64,000 nucleotides of DNA from Thermoprotei archaeon (GTDB lineage Archaea; Thermoproteota; Thermoprotei; Gearchaeales; WAQG01), in NCBI GenBank assembly GCA_049976445.1, contig JBMFIF010000003.1, positions 3,629 through 67,628 on the forward strand. The letters are read 5' to 3'. The notes under the pieces were generated by a model. That model saw nothing but the letters and a program-made list of their open reading frames with translations, did not search any database and had not been told where the DNA came from. This document shows positions 18,140 to 28,759 of this stretch, one piece after another (positions within the stretch are counted from its first letter, which is position 1; each line of letters starts with the position of its first letter). A program made the translations under genes and the position numbers.

Positions 18140-19240
18140 TTATCTTGTTATTGTGGCATTTTTCAATGCTGAGAGGGTATCAAAAGCGTCTTTATTGTTA
18201 GCAAAATAACGACGTGCCGGTTCTAAAATTTTTATTAAGTAATTTGCAACAGCATTTTTGAGATCAAGTGGATGAAGTTTCCCCTCTATATAGTCTTTTT
18301 CTAATTCTGAATATGAATGGTATTCTATTGTACCGCCATACTTTAATGGTCTTTCGATCGTTATCGATGAATATTCACGAAATATTATGTATTTAACTAT
18401 GTCTAAAACTGGATTAAATCTAGTTTCTCTTTCAGGTGCGAATGCATTAAGTATTTTCTTTTTTATAGTTTCTGGTTCATCATAAATGAATATTGCAGTA
18501 TTGGGAATACTTTTACTCATTTTTACTGATGAGAGAATCTCAGCTTTTTGTTCATCAGGTATTGGCCATACTGGTGGTTTTGCTAGTCCTTGAAGTAAAT
18601 GATGATGTATGCTTACAGGTTTCCAGAATCCAAGTTTGGGGCCGATTTCTCTAGCAACCATGTTTGCTTTTCGCTGGTCCATGCCGAGTTGCGCAATCTT
18701 TACATTCATAAAAAATATGTCAGCAACTTGCATAGGTGTGTATATAAAATCTGCTACTCTCCTAGCCTCGACCTCTTTTCTACCCATAATTTCTAATGTT
18801 CGTTTTACTCTATCTATCGTCAGTTCTTGTGCAATTTGAAGAACTAACTTCCAGTAGTCTGAATCTTTATAAAGTTCATCGGCATAAACGAATTCTATTT
18901 TATCTGCAGGAACACCTAGTGCTATCCATGCGTGTTTAAAGTGGTCAGCAGCTTTTCTTATTAATTCGAGATTTCCTCCAAGTTTTCTATTAATCCATGC
19001 ATGCCATGTTGCTAAAAATGCTTTAAAGTGTATTCCAGCCTCTATAAAATCTTTCATTTTATATGCGCAAATTAAGCCTGTTCCTAAATGAACCATACCA
19101 CTAGGTTCCCAACCATTATATGCAATTATATGCTCTTCCGTTTCAAGAAGCTGCTTTAACTCATCGATAGTAACTACCTCTTCAGTAGGTGGACGTATTA
19201 TTAATTTTAATCGCTCTTCTATATCCATGGTATTAACCAA
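18140..19240 (-). CDS. tyrS: tyrosyl-tRNA synthetase (class I)
   Basis: YNGWEPSG..HLG and KMSKS motifs. C-terminal ...IERPLKYGG...HPLDLKNAVANYLIKILEP matches archaeal TyrRS as recalled. Confidence 0.8.
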   Translation of the reverse strand: MVNTMDIEERLKLIIRPPTEEVVTIDELKQLLETEEHIIAYNGWEPSGMVHLGTGLICAYKMKDFIEAGIHFKAFLATWHAWINRKLGGNLELIRKAADHFKHAWIALGVPADKIEFVYADELYKDSDYWKLVLQIAQELTIDRVKRTLEIMGRKEVEARRVADFIYTPMQVADIFFMNVKIAQLGMDQRKANMVAREIGPKLGFWKPVSIHHHLLQGLAKPPVWPIPDEQKAEILSSVKMSKSIPNTAIFIYDEPETIKKKILNAFAPERETRFNPVLDIVKYIIFREYSSITIERPLKYGGTIEYHSYSELEKDYIEGKLHPLDLKNAVANYLIKILEPARRYFANNKDAFDTLSALKNATITR

Positions 19241-19264
19241 TAATAAGTTATTTATAAAAATAAA

Positions 19265-20536
19265 TTAAGCTTTTTGCATTAAGCTTAATAATTTTGGAAT
19301 TAGGTCATATCCATGGTTTATAATACCCAGTTCTCCTTTTTCTGCATCTCTTTCCGAAAATTTTCTTTTTTTATCGTGTTTTTGTATCAAATTTCCACCA
19401 TATATTGCTAAGGGTACTGGATCACTACTATGAGAACCAAGCTTGCATGGTGTAGAATGATCAGCGGTCACTACTATGATAGTATCGTCTAGGGTAATAT
19501 TATTAATGATATTGCTGATGAAATATTTATCAATATCTTCAATTGCTTTGCGTTTTCCTTCACAATCTTTATCATGACCGGGCTCATCAGGGCCTTTTAA
19601 ATGAACATATATAAAGTTGAATTTTTTAAGAAGATCTATAGTTGTGTCTGCTCGTTTCTCATATGATTTTGGAGAGCGTTCTGGTGTAAATTTTTCTAAA
19701 CTAAATCCCAAAACTTTTGCAATGCCTAATTCAACTGGCATATCTGCAATTATCACTGGTCTCATTGCGAATTTCTTTTCAAACGGTTCAACATCAGGAT
19801 ATTTAGAACCTGCATCCCGCATTAGTATAATATTTGCAGGTAATTTATTATTCTTTATTCGCTCGATGTTGATTGGATGGTTTTTAAGAAATTTCTGAAC
19901 TTTTTCTGAGAACTCATTTATTAATTGTGCTGCTCTCTTTGCTTCATAGGAATCATTCAATGCAATGCAAGGTTTAAGTGTCATGTCAACAGTTGATTTG
20001 GCTATTGAAATTGATCCTACTTTCTCATATGCAGGATCATAATTGGATATAGCATCTGACAGTTTAATGTTATGATCACGTATCACAAGAACAGCTCTAT
20101 GACCAATTGTGCTTCTAAATGAAAAATCTGCGTTATCCAGTTTAATGCTTCTTTCTATATCTACTGCAAGTTTTTTAGCCTCTTCTGATGTTAAATTTCT
20201 TCCGACACGACGATCAATTATTTTGTTTTCTTCTGCTGTTGCAAAGTTACAGCGTAGTGCAAGCCAACCATCTCTAAATTCTAAACCAGCTCCTAATGCC
20301 TCTATTACACCTCTTGAAAGTGAATATCTATTAGGATCATAACCTAGTAACGAAAAAGCAGCAGCATCACTTTCAGGAGCAATATTTTTATCTATTGTAT
20401 ACATAAGACCTAAGTATCCTTTAGACGCGATATGAGTCAAATTAGGTGCATCTGCAATATCTAATGGTGTTAAACCATATTTAGGATTATCACTTGCACC
20501 GTCTAATATAATCATAAGTATTTTGTATTTTTCCAT
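19265..20536 (-). CDS. apgM: 2,3-bisphosphoglycerate-independent phosphoglycerate mutase, archaeal type
   Basis: 423 aa. MIILDGASD N-terminus and metal-binding HS/DH motifs typical of archaeal iPGM. Confidence 0.8.
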   Translation of the reverse strand: MEKYKILMIILDGASDNPKYGLTPLDIADAPNLTHIASKGYLGLMYTIDKNIAPESDAAAFSLLGYDPNRYSLSRGVIEALGAGLEFRDGWLALRCNFATAEENKIIDRRVGRNLTSEEAKKLAVDIERSIKLDNADFSFRSTIGHRAVLVIRDHNIKLSDAISNYDPAYEKVGSISIAKSTVDMTLKPCIALNDSYEAKRAAQLINEFSEKVQKFLKNHPINIERIKNNKLPANIILMRDAGSKYPDVEPFEKKFAMRPVIIADMPVELGIAKVLGFSLEKFTPERSPKSYEKRADTTIDLLKKFNFIYVHLKGPDEPGHDKDCEGKRKAIEDIDKYFISNIINNITLDDTIIVVTADHSTPCKLGSHSSDPVPLAIYGGNLIQKHDKKRKFSERDAEKGELGIINHGYDLIPKLLSLMQKA

Positions 20537-20615
20537 TGAACCTCGTATTCTAATTATTCTACAGATTTAAAAGCTTATTTTATAGCATTATATATTATTC
20601 TCTTTAATCAGAAAC

Positions 20616-21770
20616 ATGCAGAGAGTGCGTAAATTTATGTACGTGGAATCATATTATTTCAGAGATATGGTAGGTATTAATAAAATTGAAATGGCACGAT
20701 ATGTATACATGGGTCCTGGTGTTATAAAAGAATTACCAAATGTTATCGAACTTCTAGAACTAAAACCTAGAAGTGTGCTAATTTTCTCAGGTGGCGAAAA
20801 AACAACATCTATAGCTCTTGATACAGTAAAGCCTTTGATCGAATCTTCCAATATTATTGTTAATTCTATGAACAACAAAGATCTGTCTGATTTTATAGAA
20901 AACTTATCAATAATCCTTAAAAACATAAAAGATCTTAGAGTAGACCTGCTCATAGGTGTTGGTGGAGGAAGAGTGATGGATATTACGAAAGTTGTTTCGT
21001 ATTACTTAAAAATACCTTACGTAAGTGTGCCAACTAGTGCTTCACATGATGGTACAGCATCACCTGCTATAGCTACACCTTTTGCTAATATTTTAAGGTC
21101 AAAGTATGGCCAATTAGAATCAATTCGTGCACCACATGCAATAGTCGCTGATATAGAAATTATTTCTAGGGCTCCTAGAGAGACTATAGCATCAGGTGTA
21201 GGTGATCTGGTAGCTAAATTTACTGCTGTAAGAGATTGGAGGCTAGCACACTTAATAAAAGGTGAGGAGTTCAGTGAATATGCTGCATCATTAGCGTTGA
21301 TGAGTGCTCGTTTGGTTGCTAATAGGGCAAGAATAATTTCTACTAGCAATTTAGAAGGTGTTTCAGTTTTAGTTAAAGCATTAATAGGTAGTGGTGTGGC
21401 TATAAGCATTGCTGGGAGTAGTAGGCCTGCAAGTGGCTCTGAACATCTTTTTAGTCATGCATTAGATTATCTTGCATCGAAGTATGGATTCAAACCTAGT
21501 ATGCATGGTGTTCAATGTGGTGTGGGAACGATTATGATGGCCAAGCTTCACGGGCTAAATTGGAAGAAGATAAAAAAGATCTTAAGAACTGTTAATGCTC
21601 CTGTTAATTCAGAGGAACTTGGCATTAATCCTGAATATATAGTTAAAGCATTAAGTATTGCGCACACTATAAAATCAAATTTTTATACAGTCCTTGGGGA
21701 AAATGGTATAACTGAAAACGCTGCAAGGAAACTAGCAATAGAGACTGGAATAATACCATTAAGTAGTTAA
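20616..21770 (+). CDS. egsA: glycerol-1-phosphate dehydrogenase [NAD(P)+] (iron-ADH-fold, archaeal lipid backbone synthesis)
   Basis: GGGRVMDITK glycine-rich nucleotide loop, His-rich metal site and ~350-aa core. The true start may be an internal Met. Confidence 0.75.
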   Translation: MQRVRKFMYVESYYFRDMVGINKIEMARYVYMGPGVIKELPNVIELLELKPRSVLIFSGGEKTTSIALDTVKPLIESSNIIVNSMNNKDLSDFIENLSIILKNIKDLRVDLLIGVGGGRVMDITKVVSYYLKIPYVSVPTSASHDGTASPAIATPFANILRSKYGQLESIRAPHAIVADIEIISRAPRETIASGVGDLVAKFTAVRDWRLAHLIKGEEFSEYAASLALMSARLVANRARIISTSNLEGVSVLVKALIGSGVAISIAGSSRPASGSEHLFSHALDYLASKYGFKPSMHGVQCGVGTIMMAKLHGLNWKKIKKILRTVNAPVNSEELGINPEYIVKALSIAHTIKSNFYTVLGENGITENAARKLAIETGIIPLSS

Positions 21771-21829
21771 AGGAGTTTTAGTTAAGGATATTTTTATGGA
21801 TGTATTACTCTTTTACTGGGTTTGTTAAC

Positions 21830-22627
21830 ATGATTAAAGCTGAGATTGTAAGCGTTGGACGAGAAGTATTAAGAGGATTTACAATAAATACTAATGCTAG
21901 TTGGCTTGCACAACAGTTAACATCATTAGGAATAGAGGTTAAACGAATAACTGTCGTTGATGACGAGGAAATTGATATTATCAAAATTACTAAAGAAGTT
22001 CTTGAACGAAAACCTCAAATAGTAATTTATACAGGGGGTCTTGGACCAACATTTGATGATATTACTGTTGAATCTGTATCTAAGGCGTTAAACTTGCCTA
22101 TAGAGCTAAATGAGGATGCATTAAATATGATCAAGAAAGTTTACAATAAACTCGGCTTACCGTTAACAGAAGAAAGAATTAAAATGGCTAAAATGCCTAA
22201 AGGTTCCTTACCTCTTCCCAATTCTGTAGGAACAGCACCAGGCGTCTTTCTTATTTTTAATGAAACTATTATTATTATGCTCCCGGGAGTTCCAGAAGAA
22301 ATGAAAAGTATTTTTACTGAAAGTGTAAGGCCTAGATTGATAGAGCTTAAAGATAGGGGAGTTTATTTAGAGAAAATATTTAAAGTTCATGGTATTCCGG
22401 AATCAGAAGCAGCTAAAGTAGTCAAAGATGTAAAGAAGCAGTTTAAAATTGTTTATATTAAATCTCATCCAAGAGGATATATGGAGGGCAAGCCTACAAT
22501 ATTGTTTCAATTGTCTTATCTTGGAGAAGATCAAAAAAATGCTAAAATAGAACTAGAAAATGTCATGAGGGAACTCATATCAAGATTATCTAATTTGGGT
22601 GCCAAAATTGAGGTAGAACAAGAATGA
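21830..22627 (+). CDS. CinA-like / molybdopterin-binding (MoCF biosynthesis) domain protein
   Basis: MIKAEIVSVG..E...G...N....L...L...G motif, typical of the MogA/MoaB/CinA N-terminal domain. 4-nt overlap (ATGA) with the next gene. Confidence 0.6.
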   Translation: MIKAEIVSVGREVLRGFTINTNASWLAQQLTSLGIEVKRITVVDDEEIDIIKITKEVLERKPQIVIYTGGLGPTFDDITVESVSKALNLPIELNEDALNMIKKVYNKLGLPLTEERIKMAKMPKGSLPLPNSVGTAPGVFLIFNETIIIMLPGVPEEMKSIFTESVRPRLIELKDRGVYLEKIFKVHGIPESEAAKVVKDVKKQFKIVYIKSHPRGYMEGKPTILFQLSYLGEDQKNAKIELENVMRELISRLSNLGAKIEVEQE

Positions 22628-23412
22628 AGACTATCAGGTATGTTTATATTTTAGGACCAGCAGGCAGTGGAAAATCTACATTAACTGCATCACTTGCAAA
22701 CATTATTGAGAGTCATGATTTAACTGTAGCTAAAGTGAATTTAGATCCTGGTGCTGAGTGGATTCCATATGAACCTGATGTAGATGTAAGAAATTATATC
22801 AAATTATCTGATGTGATGGAGAAATATAAACTAGGACCTAATGGAGGTCTTGTAGTTTCTGTTGATCTAATGATAAATTATATTAACGATATGGTAAAAT
22901 CTATTGAAGATATAGAACCGGATTATGTATTAATAGACACACCAGGTCAGATGGAACTTTTTGCATTTAGAGAGACAGGTGCCAATATAGCTAGAATTTT
23001 AGGTGAAAGGAAGAATTCAGCTATTCTCTTCCTTATTGACTCGTTTTCAATGAGAAAACCATCTATTATGGCTTCTATGCTTTTGTTAGCTGCATCCACA
23101 TATGTGAAATTTATGTTTCCACAGATTAATGTTTTGACAAAGATCGATAAGATACATGAGAATGATTTAAAACAAATAATCGAATGGTCTCAAGACCTTA
23201 CTGCATTATCTGATGCATTAGAATTGGAAATGCAAGAATCTCAACGTGAAATTTCAAGAGATATTTTAATAATAGTAAGTAACTTAGGTTTTCTGGGTGA
23301 CATAATTCCTGTATCCTCCTTTAGATCAGAGACAACGATGGCACTTTATGCAGAATTACAAAGAATCTTTTCTTCAGAAGATGAAACAGAACTTAAATAT
23401 GATGATCAATGA
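22624..23412 (+). CDS. GPN-loop GTPase (XAB1/Npa3 family)
   Basis: P-loop GPAGSGKST and the diagnostic GPNGG motif. Confidence 0.8.
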   Translation: MKTIRYVYILGPAGSGKSTLTASLANIIESHDLTVAKVNLDPGAEWIPYEPDVDVRNYIKLSDVMEKYKLGPNGGLVVSVDLMINYINDMVKSIEDIEPDYVLIDTPGQMELFAFRETGANIARILGERKNSAILFLIDSFSMRKPSIMASMLLLAASTYVKFMFPQINVLTKIDKIHENDLKQIIEWSQDLTALSDALELEMQESQREISRDILIIVSNLGFLGDIIPVSSFRSETTMALYAELQRIFSSEDETELKYDDQ

Positions 23413-23746
23413 TAAAAAAGTCAAAAAGATCTTTTAATTCCTCTTTAATAGAGTAAAAATTATTCATCACAAAATCATTAATACTTTCTTTTTTAGTGAA
23501 AATTGAACCTAAACCTAAAATCATAAGTCCAATAATATCACTTATTATTGGCTCAGGTACTCCTGCTATCATAAAAATACCAATGGATATGAGTTTCGAA
23601 TTGTGGAATGAAATATTTCTAACATCATTTAATGTTAAATTAACAGACTTGTAAATATTTGTTAATTTAACGTAGTCTTTTGAAATATCTCTTCTAAGTC
23701 TTATATTTTCTAAGTAAATTCTGTGAATATCGTTCATAACATACAT
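23393..23746 (-). CDS. hypothetical small membrane protein
   Basis: 117-aa ORF with one or two predicted TM segments. No family recognised. Confidence 0.3.
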   Translation of the reverse strand: MYVMNDIHRIYLENIRLRRDISKDYVKLTNIYKSVNLTLNDVRNISFHNSKLISIGIFMIAGVPEPIISDIIGLMILGLGSIFTKKESINDFVMNNFYSIKEELKDLFDFFIIDHHI

Positions 23747-23872
23747 AGGGTTTTTTATAATTTAAATATATTAGTTTTTTCTTGTGATTTAGCACGTTTA
23801 TTATTGTTCCATAATCTGGACAACTATTGTATGAGATTGCTATTGGAGGGTACTATTTAAAATTAAATAAAA

Positions 23873-25303
23873 GTGATAATTTTTATTGTTGAAGAGAAGA
23901 TGCTTGATCCATTTTTTAAACCAAAAAGCATTGCAATAATTGGTGCCACTGATAAGCCAAATTCTTTAGGCCGTTCATTAACTGAAAATGTGCTTAATAC
24001 TTTCTTAGGAAAAGTGTATTTAGTTAATATAAAGGGTGGTTCATTTAATAACATTACTATATATAAAAGTATACTTGATATTAAGGAAAGCGTTGATTTA
24101 GCTCTTATAATAACACCATCTCATACTGTAATTCAAATTCTTAATGAATGTGGGATGAGGGGTGTAAAAGGTGCTATTATATTTAGCGGAGGATTTAGTG
24201 AAATTGGTCGTGAGGGAGCAGAACTTGAACGTAAAGTTGTAGATACGGCAAAGAGATACGGTATTCGTATAATTGGACCTAATTGTGTTGGTATAATGGA
24301 TAATTGGTTACCGTTAAATGCTACATTTGTCTCCTCTGAGAGATGGCTTAAACCGCCATCTGGCAATGTTTCTGTAATCTCTCAATCAGGCGCTTTAGGT
24401 TCGTTAATTTTAGATGTATCTGCAATATTAAATATAGGATTTAGTAAGTTCATAAGCTTAGGTAATTCATCTGATATAAGTATTACTGAAGCAATCGAAT
24501 ATTTAGCAAACGACCCAACAACAAAAGTAATTGGCATTTATCTAGAAAGCGTAAAAGAGGGTAAAAAATTCCTTGAGATCTTGAAGAAAATTACACGCTA
24601 TAAACCTGTGATTATTCTAAAAGGTGGTATTGGAGAGAAAGGTAGCGCTGCAGCTAAGTCTCATACTGCTGCTGTATCAGGGCCCATTGAAATTTTAGAT
24701 GGGGCTCTCAAACAAGTTGGGGCTATACGAGCTAAAAGTTTTGCTGAATTTATTTCATTATTAAACATTTTTGGAAAATCAAAACCCATAAAAGGTGATC
24801 GTGTTGCAATAGTAACTAATGCAGGTGGTATGGGAGTATTAACAACAGATTCTTTAGAAAGCCAAGGAATTTCTCTATCTGATTTTACAACGACTACCTG
24901 TAACAAATTAAAAGAAGTTATCCCGCCATATATGGGGATAAACAATCCGATCGATGTAGCCGGTGATGCAGATAGTTATAGGTATGACAAAATCTTGAGG
25001 ATACTTGAAGACGCTCCTGAAGTAGATATAATAGTGACAATAGTATTACCTCAAACACCAGCCCTAGATAGTGAAAATTTTAGTAAAATGATTGTGAATC
25101 ATTACAAAAATAGTAATAAACCTCTTTTGTTGCTAATTTCAGGAGGAGACTATACAATGAGAATGGCAAAAAGGATCTCTAGTGAAGGCATACCAGTATT
25201 TTTTGATCCAGATGAGCTAGCATCATCACTTAAAAAATATATAAAGTATAATAAATACATCACAACATCTTCTAATTATAATAATCAGCAAAAGATTATC
25301 TAG
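23873..25303 (+). CDS. acetyl-CoA synthetase (ADP-forming) alpha subunit, paralog 1 (CoA-binding + CoA-ligase domains)
   Basis: FKPKSIAIIGATDKPNSLGR CoA-binding N-terminus. Succinyl-CoA-synthetase-alpha-like core. ~470 aa. Confidence 0.8.
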   Translation: MIIFIVEEKMLDPFFKPKSIAIIGATDKPNSLGRSLTENVLNTFLGKVYLVNIKGGSFNNITIYKSILDIKESVDLALIITPSHTVIQILNECGMRGVKGAIIFSGGFSEIGREGAELERKVVDTAKRYGIRIIGPNCVGIMDNWLPLNATFVSSERWLKPPSGNVSVISQSGALGSLILDVSAILNIGFSKFISLGNSSDISITEAIEYLANDPTTKVIGIYLESVKEGKKFLEILKKITRYKPVIILKGGIGEKGSAAAKSHTAAVSGPIEILDGALKQVGAIRAKSFAEFISLLNIFGKSKPIKGDRVAIVTNAGGMGVLTTDSLESQGISLSDFTTTTCNKLKEVIPPYMGINNPIDVAGDADSYRYDKILRILEDAPEVDIIVTIVLPQTPALDSENFSKMIVNHYKNSNKPLLLLISGGDYTMRMAKRISSEGIPVFFDPDELASSLKKYIKYNKYITTSSNYNNQQKII

Positions 25304-25700
25304 AACTGTTAAATAGTTCCTTGTGATAGTGAGGGGGCTTTGTGTGGATGAGTATGTTGTTCTTATTACTGATGGTGGTCCTTGGTATGTTGATGCTGTT
25401 GTGAGGGCTGGTTTTGTTCATAAGGGGTTTCGGTTTGAGTAGTTCTGTTGAGCGTTTCTTTAGTTTTTTGAAGTATTGGTCTCGCGCTTTCTTTATGTGA
25501 ATTCTAGTGTGCTTTATTTAAACAGCATTTGGCTCTTCATGAACCTCTTCATTTACTGTGAAGTGGAGGCGATGTCTTATGTGAGCAGTCCCTGAAAACT
25601 GCTGGACCATCATCGTCTTCAAAATAAAATTATTTGCATATACTATAATATATGGCATATATAATTTATTCTTACGACAAGTTTATTTGTTTGATTTTAA

Positions 25701-27179
25701 TTGAGAGCCCGATATACCTTGGAGTACCCATTGGCAAGTAAGATAAGCAAAACAAGGATTAAAACATTAAAAGATTTCTTTGAACCAAAAACTGTTGCAA
25801 TAATTGGCGCTTCACATAAGCCTAACAGCGTTGGCAATGTTTTGGTTAGGAATTTTCTTTATGGCCGATTTATGGGTAGGGTTTATTTAGTGAATCCAAA
25901 CTATAAAGAGATTTTAGGAAAACCTTGTTACCCTACTGTTAAGGAAATCCCTGAAAAGATTGATTTAGCAATCGTGGCAGTGCGTGCTGAGATTGTTCCT
26001 CAGATTATTGAACAATGCGGAGAGGCCGGCATAAAAAATGTCTTAGTTTTAAGCAGTGGTTTTAGAGAAACAGGTCCTGATGGTGCTAAGCTTGAACAAT
26101 ATATGTTAAGTATAGCTAAGAAATGGGATATACGTATTATTGGACCTAATTGCTTGGGTATATATAATGCTGAAAATGGTCTTGATGCGCTATTTCTTCC
26201 GGATACTCGCCTTAGAAGGGCTAAGGCAGGTGGTGTAGCTTTTATTTCACAAAGTGGTGCATTATTGGCAGCTATTATGGATTTAGCAGCGGCTATCGAT
26301 ATAGGTTTTTCGAAAGCTGTGAGTTACGGTAACCGTGCTGATGTGGATGAGGCAACATTAATAGAATATCTTCTTTACGATGAGAAAACTAAAATAATCG
26401 CTGCATATATCGAGGGGCTTGAACCTGGAAAGGGTAAGCAGTTTCTTGAATCTATAAGACGTGTTATTTATCATAAGCCAGTTATAATAGTAAAGGGTGG
26501 AAAAAGTATTAGTGGAAGTAGGGCTGCAGCATCACATACTGGTTCATTGGCTGGCGAGTATAATCTTTTTAGATCTGCATTAAGACAAGTAGGTGCAATT
26601 GAGGCAACAAATTTTGAGGATATGTTTGATTTTATAAAAGCACTTACTATGCAGCCTCTCCTTAGTGGTAATAAATTACTCGTATTAACTAATGGTGGTG
26701 GATTAGGAGTCATGATGACTGATGCCGCGGAAGAGTATGGTTTTAATGTTCCTGAACTCTCCAAAGAAACTCAGTCTAAATTAAAATCGATTTTGCGACC
26801 TTTTGCTGCTATAAAAAATCCAGTAGATGTAACAGCTAACGGTACTGCAGAAATGTATAGGGAGGTATTGGAAATAGTATTTAATAGCAATGAGGTTGAT
26901 GCTGCTATTATAGGAATCTTGCCTCAGACGCCGGATTTAGGTATAGAAATTGTAGATAATTTAATTGTAGCGAAATCTTTAGGAAAACCCATGGTTGTGG
27001 TCACTGTTGGTGGTGAATTAACCACGCAGATCTCAAAAATGCTTGAGACAGGAGGAATACCAGTCTATCCATCTCCAGAAAGAGGAGTACGTGCACTGAA
27101 GGTTCTTAGAGATTATTACGAGATAAAAGAACGGTTTAAATGTGAGACGAGCAATTTGGAGTGTGGTACAGATGGATAG
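25701..27179 (+). CDS. acetyl-CoA synthetase (ADP-forming) alpha subunit, paralog 2
   Basis: FEPKTVAIIGASHKPNSVGN. Same architecture as 23873..25303. The two genes are a tandem paralog pair. Confidence 0.8.
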   Translation: MRARYTLEYPLASKISKTRIKTLKDFFEPKTVAIIGASHKPNSVGNVLVRNFLYGRFMGRVYLVNPNYKEILGKPCYPTVKEIPEKIDLAIVAVRAEIVPQIIEQCGEAGIKNVLVLSSGFRETGPDGAKLEQYMLSIAKKWDIRIIGPNCLGIYNAENGLDALFLPDTRLRRAKAGGVAFISQSGALLAAIMDLAAAIDIGFSKAVSYGNRADVDEATLIEYLLYDEKTKIIAAYIEGLEPGKGKQFLESIRRVIYHKPVIIVKGGKSISGSRAAASHTGSLAGEYNLFRSALRQVGAIEATNFEDMFDFIKALTMQPLLSGNKLLVLTNGGGLGVMMTDAAEEYGFNVPELSKETQSKLKSILRPFAAIKNPVDVTANGTAEMYREVLEIVFNSNEVDAAIIGILPQTPDLGIEIVDNLIVAKSLGKPMVVVTVGGELTTQISKMLETGGIPVYPSPERGVRALKVLRDYYEIKERFKCETSNLECGTDG

Positions 27180-27894
27180 AAGAAAAATCTTTTTGGAAAT
27201 ATACTCAAAGGCACTTAATGAGAAACGAAATTGGTTACTTGAACCTGAAGCAAAGGAAATTTGCAGAATATATGGATTACCTGTTACTAAATTAGGTGTT
27301 GCAAGAAATGAAGAAGAACTCCTCAGGATATCTAAAGAAATAGGTTATCCTGTTGTACTTAAAATTTTATCTCCAAATATATTACACAAGTCTGATGTAG
27401 GTGGAGTATTAATTGGCTTAAAAAATGAAATAGAAGTTCTTAATGGTTACAAGCAAATTATTAATAATGTAAAAAAGAATAAGCCTGATGCGATAATTAA
27501 TGGCGTTGTAGTTCAAGAGATGGCACCTCCATCAACTGAAGTAATTATTGGTGTTACTAAGGATCCACAATTTGGTCATGCTATAATGTTTGGATTGGGT
27601 GGAATTTTTGTTGAATTATTTAAGGATGTTAGTTTTAGAATTATTCCCATAACTAGAAGAGATGCCGAAGAAATGATAACGGAAATTAAAGGGTATGCTC
27701 TTTTAAAGGGTTACAGAGGAAGACCTCCTGCTGATATAGATAGTCTAGTGAATGCTCTTTTAACTGTATCAGAAATTATTGAAGAAAATCATGAAATAAA
27801 CGAGATGGATTTAAATCCTATCCTAGTATATGAAAATGGGATAAAAATCGTAGATGCACGAATCGTAATCGGAGGTGTTGAGAATGTCAAATAG
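27142..27894 (+). CDS. acetyl-CoA synthetase (ADP-forming) beta subunit (ATP-grasp)
   Basis: LLEPEAKEICRIYGLPVTKLGVARNEEELLRISKEIGYPVVLKILSPNILHKSDVGGV matches the ACD-beta ATP-grasp N-terminus. It overlaps the 3' end of the alpha gene. Confidence 0.8.
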   Translation: MRRAIWSVVQMDRRKIFLEIYSKALNEKRNWLLEPEAKEICRIYGLPVTKLGVARNEEELLRISKEIGYPVVLKILSPNILHKSDVGGVLIGLKNEIEVLNGYKQIINNVKKNKPDAIINGVVVQEMAPPSTEVIIGVTKDPQFGHAIMFGLGGIFVELFKDVSFRIIPITRRDAEEMITEIKGYALLKGYRGRPPADIDSLVNALLTVSEIIEENHEINEMDLNPILVYENGIKIVDARIVIGGVENVK

Positions 27895-28759
27895 TAACTT
27901 AAAAGCAGAGCTTGAAAACATTAGAAATGAGTGGTTAAAAGCTGATAATGAGGTAAAATCATTGTTGGAAAAGCGAGAACAGCTGATTAGACGAAATAAA
28001 GAACTTAAATTGTTACTTAAAGAATTACGTGAGCAATTAAAAAATGAACGAAATACTATGGATGAATTAAGGAAAGAATTAGAACAATTTAAGAATGAGA
28101 AGAATTATTTGTGGCGTGAACGAGCTGAGGCTTTAAATAACCTTAGAGAATTATCCAGACGTGTTATTGAAGATGAGGAGAGATTACGCAAAAAGCTTGA
28201 GCAATTAGAGTGGTATCATCAAACAACACCATTAAGTGCCAAAGAAGAGGATGAAATCATAAAAAAGATTATAGATATCGAAAAGAAACTTTTAATTTAT
28301 AACAAAATGATGCAGATTAAAAAGAAGAGCGCTGAAGCTGATGAAAAACTCAATGAGGTGATTAGGAAAAGAGAAGAAATAATCTCAAAGCTTGAACAGA
28401 CAAGACAAAAAATCAGTAATTTAAGGTCTGCAATAGATGAAATGATAAAAGAAATGCAACAAAATGGAACAACTATAAAGGAAATTATGAAGAACATTAT
28501 AGAAACTGCACAAAAAGCATATGAACTTAGGAATAAATATTTTGAGCTTTCAAATAAGTTACGAGAGGAGCAATTCCACAGAAGAAGTTTCTCTGAAAAT
28601 GAAAAACGTCAAAAACTTGAAAAAATAGAAAACGAAATATTTGAACAAGCATTAGAAAAGTTAAAGAAAGGTATGAAGCTTGACTTTTATGAATATTCCA
28701 TACTAGTTAAACGTGGTGTACTAAATCAAGAAGAATCTCAAGAAAACACTAGCAAATAA
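27884..28759 (+). CDS. hypothetical coiled-coil protein (K/E-rich)
   Basis: ~290 aa of heptad-like K/E/L-rich sequence. ATG at 27884 is preceded by GGAGGT and overlaps the last 11 nt of the ACD beta gene. Confidence 0.5.
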   Translation: MSNSNLKAELENIRNEWLKADNEVKSLLEKREQLIRRNKELKLLLKELREQLKNERNTMDELRKELEQFKNEKNYLWRERAEALNNLRELSRRVIEDEERLRKKLEQLEWYHQTTPLSAKEEDEIIKKIIDIEKKLLIYNKMMQIKKKSAEADEKLNEVIRKREEIISKLEQTRQKISNLRSAIDEMIKEMQQNGTTIKEIMKNIIETAQKAYELRNKYFELSNKLREEQFHRRSFSENEKRQKLEKIENEIFEQALEKLKKGMKLDFYEYSILVKRGVLNQEESQENTSK

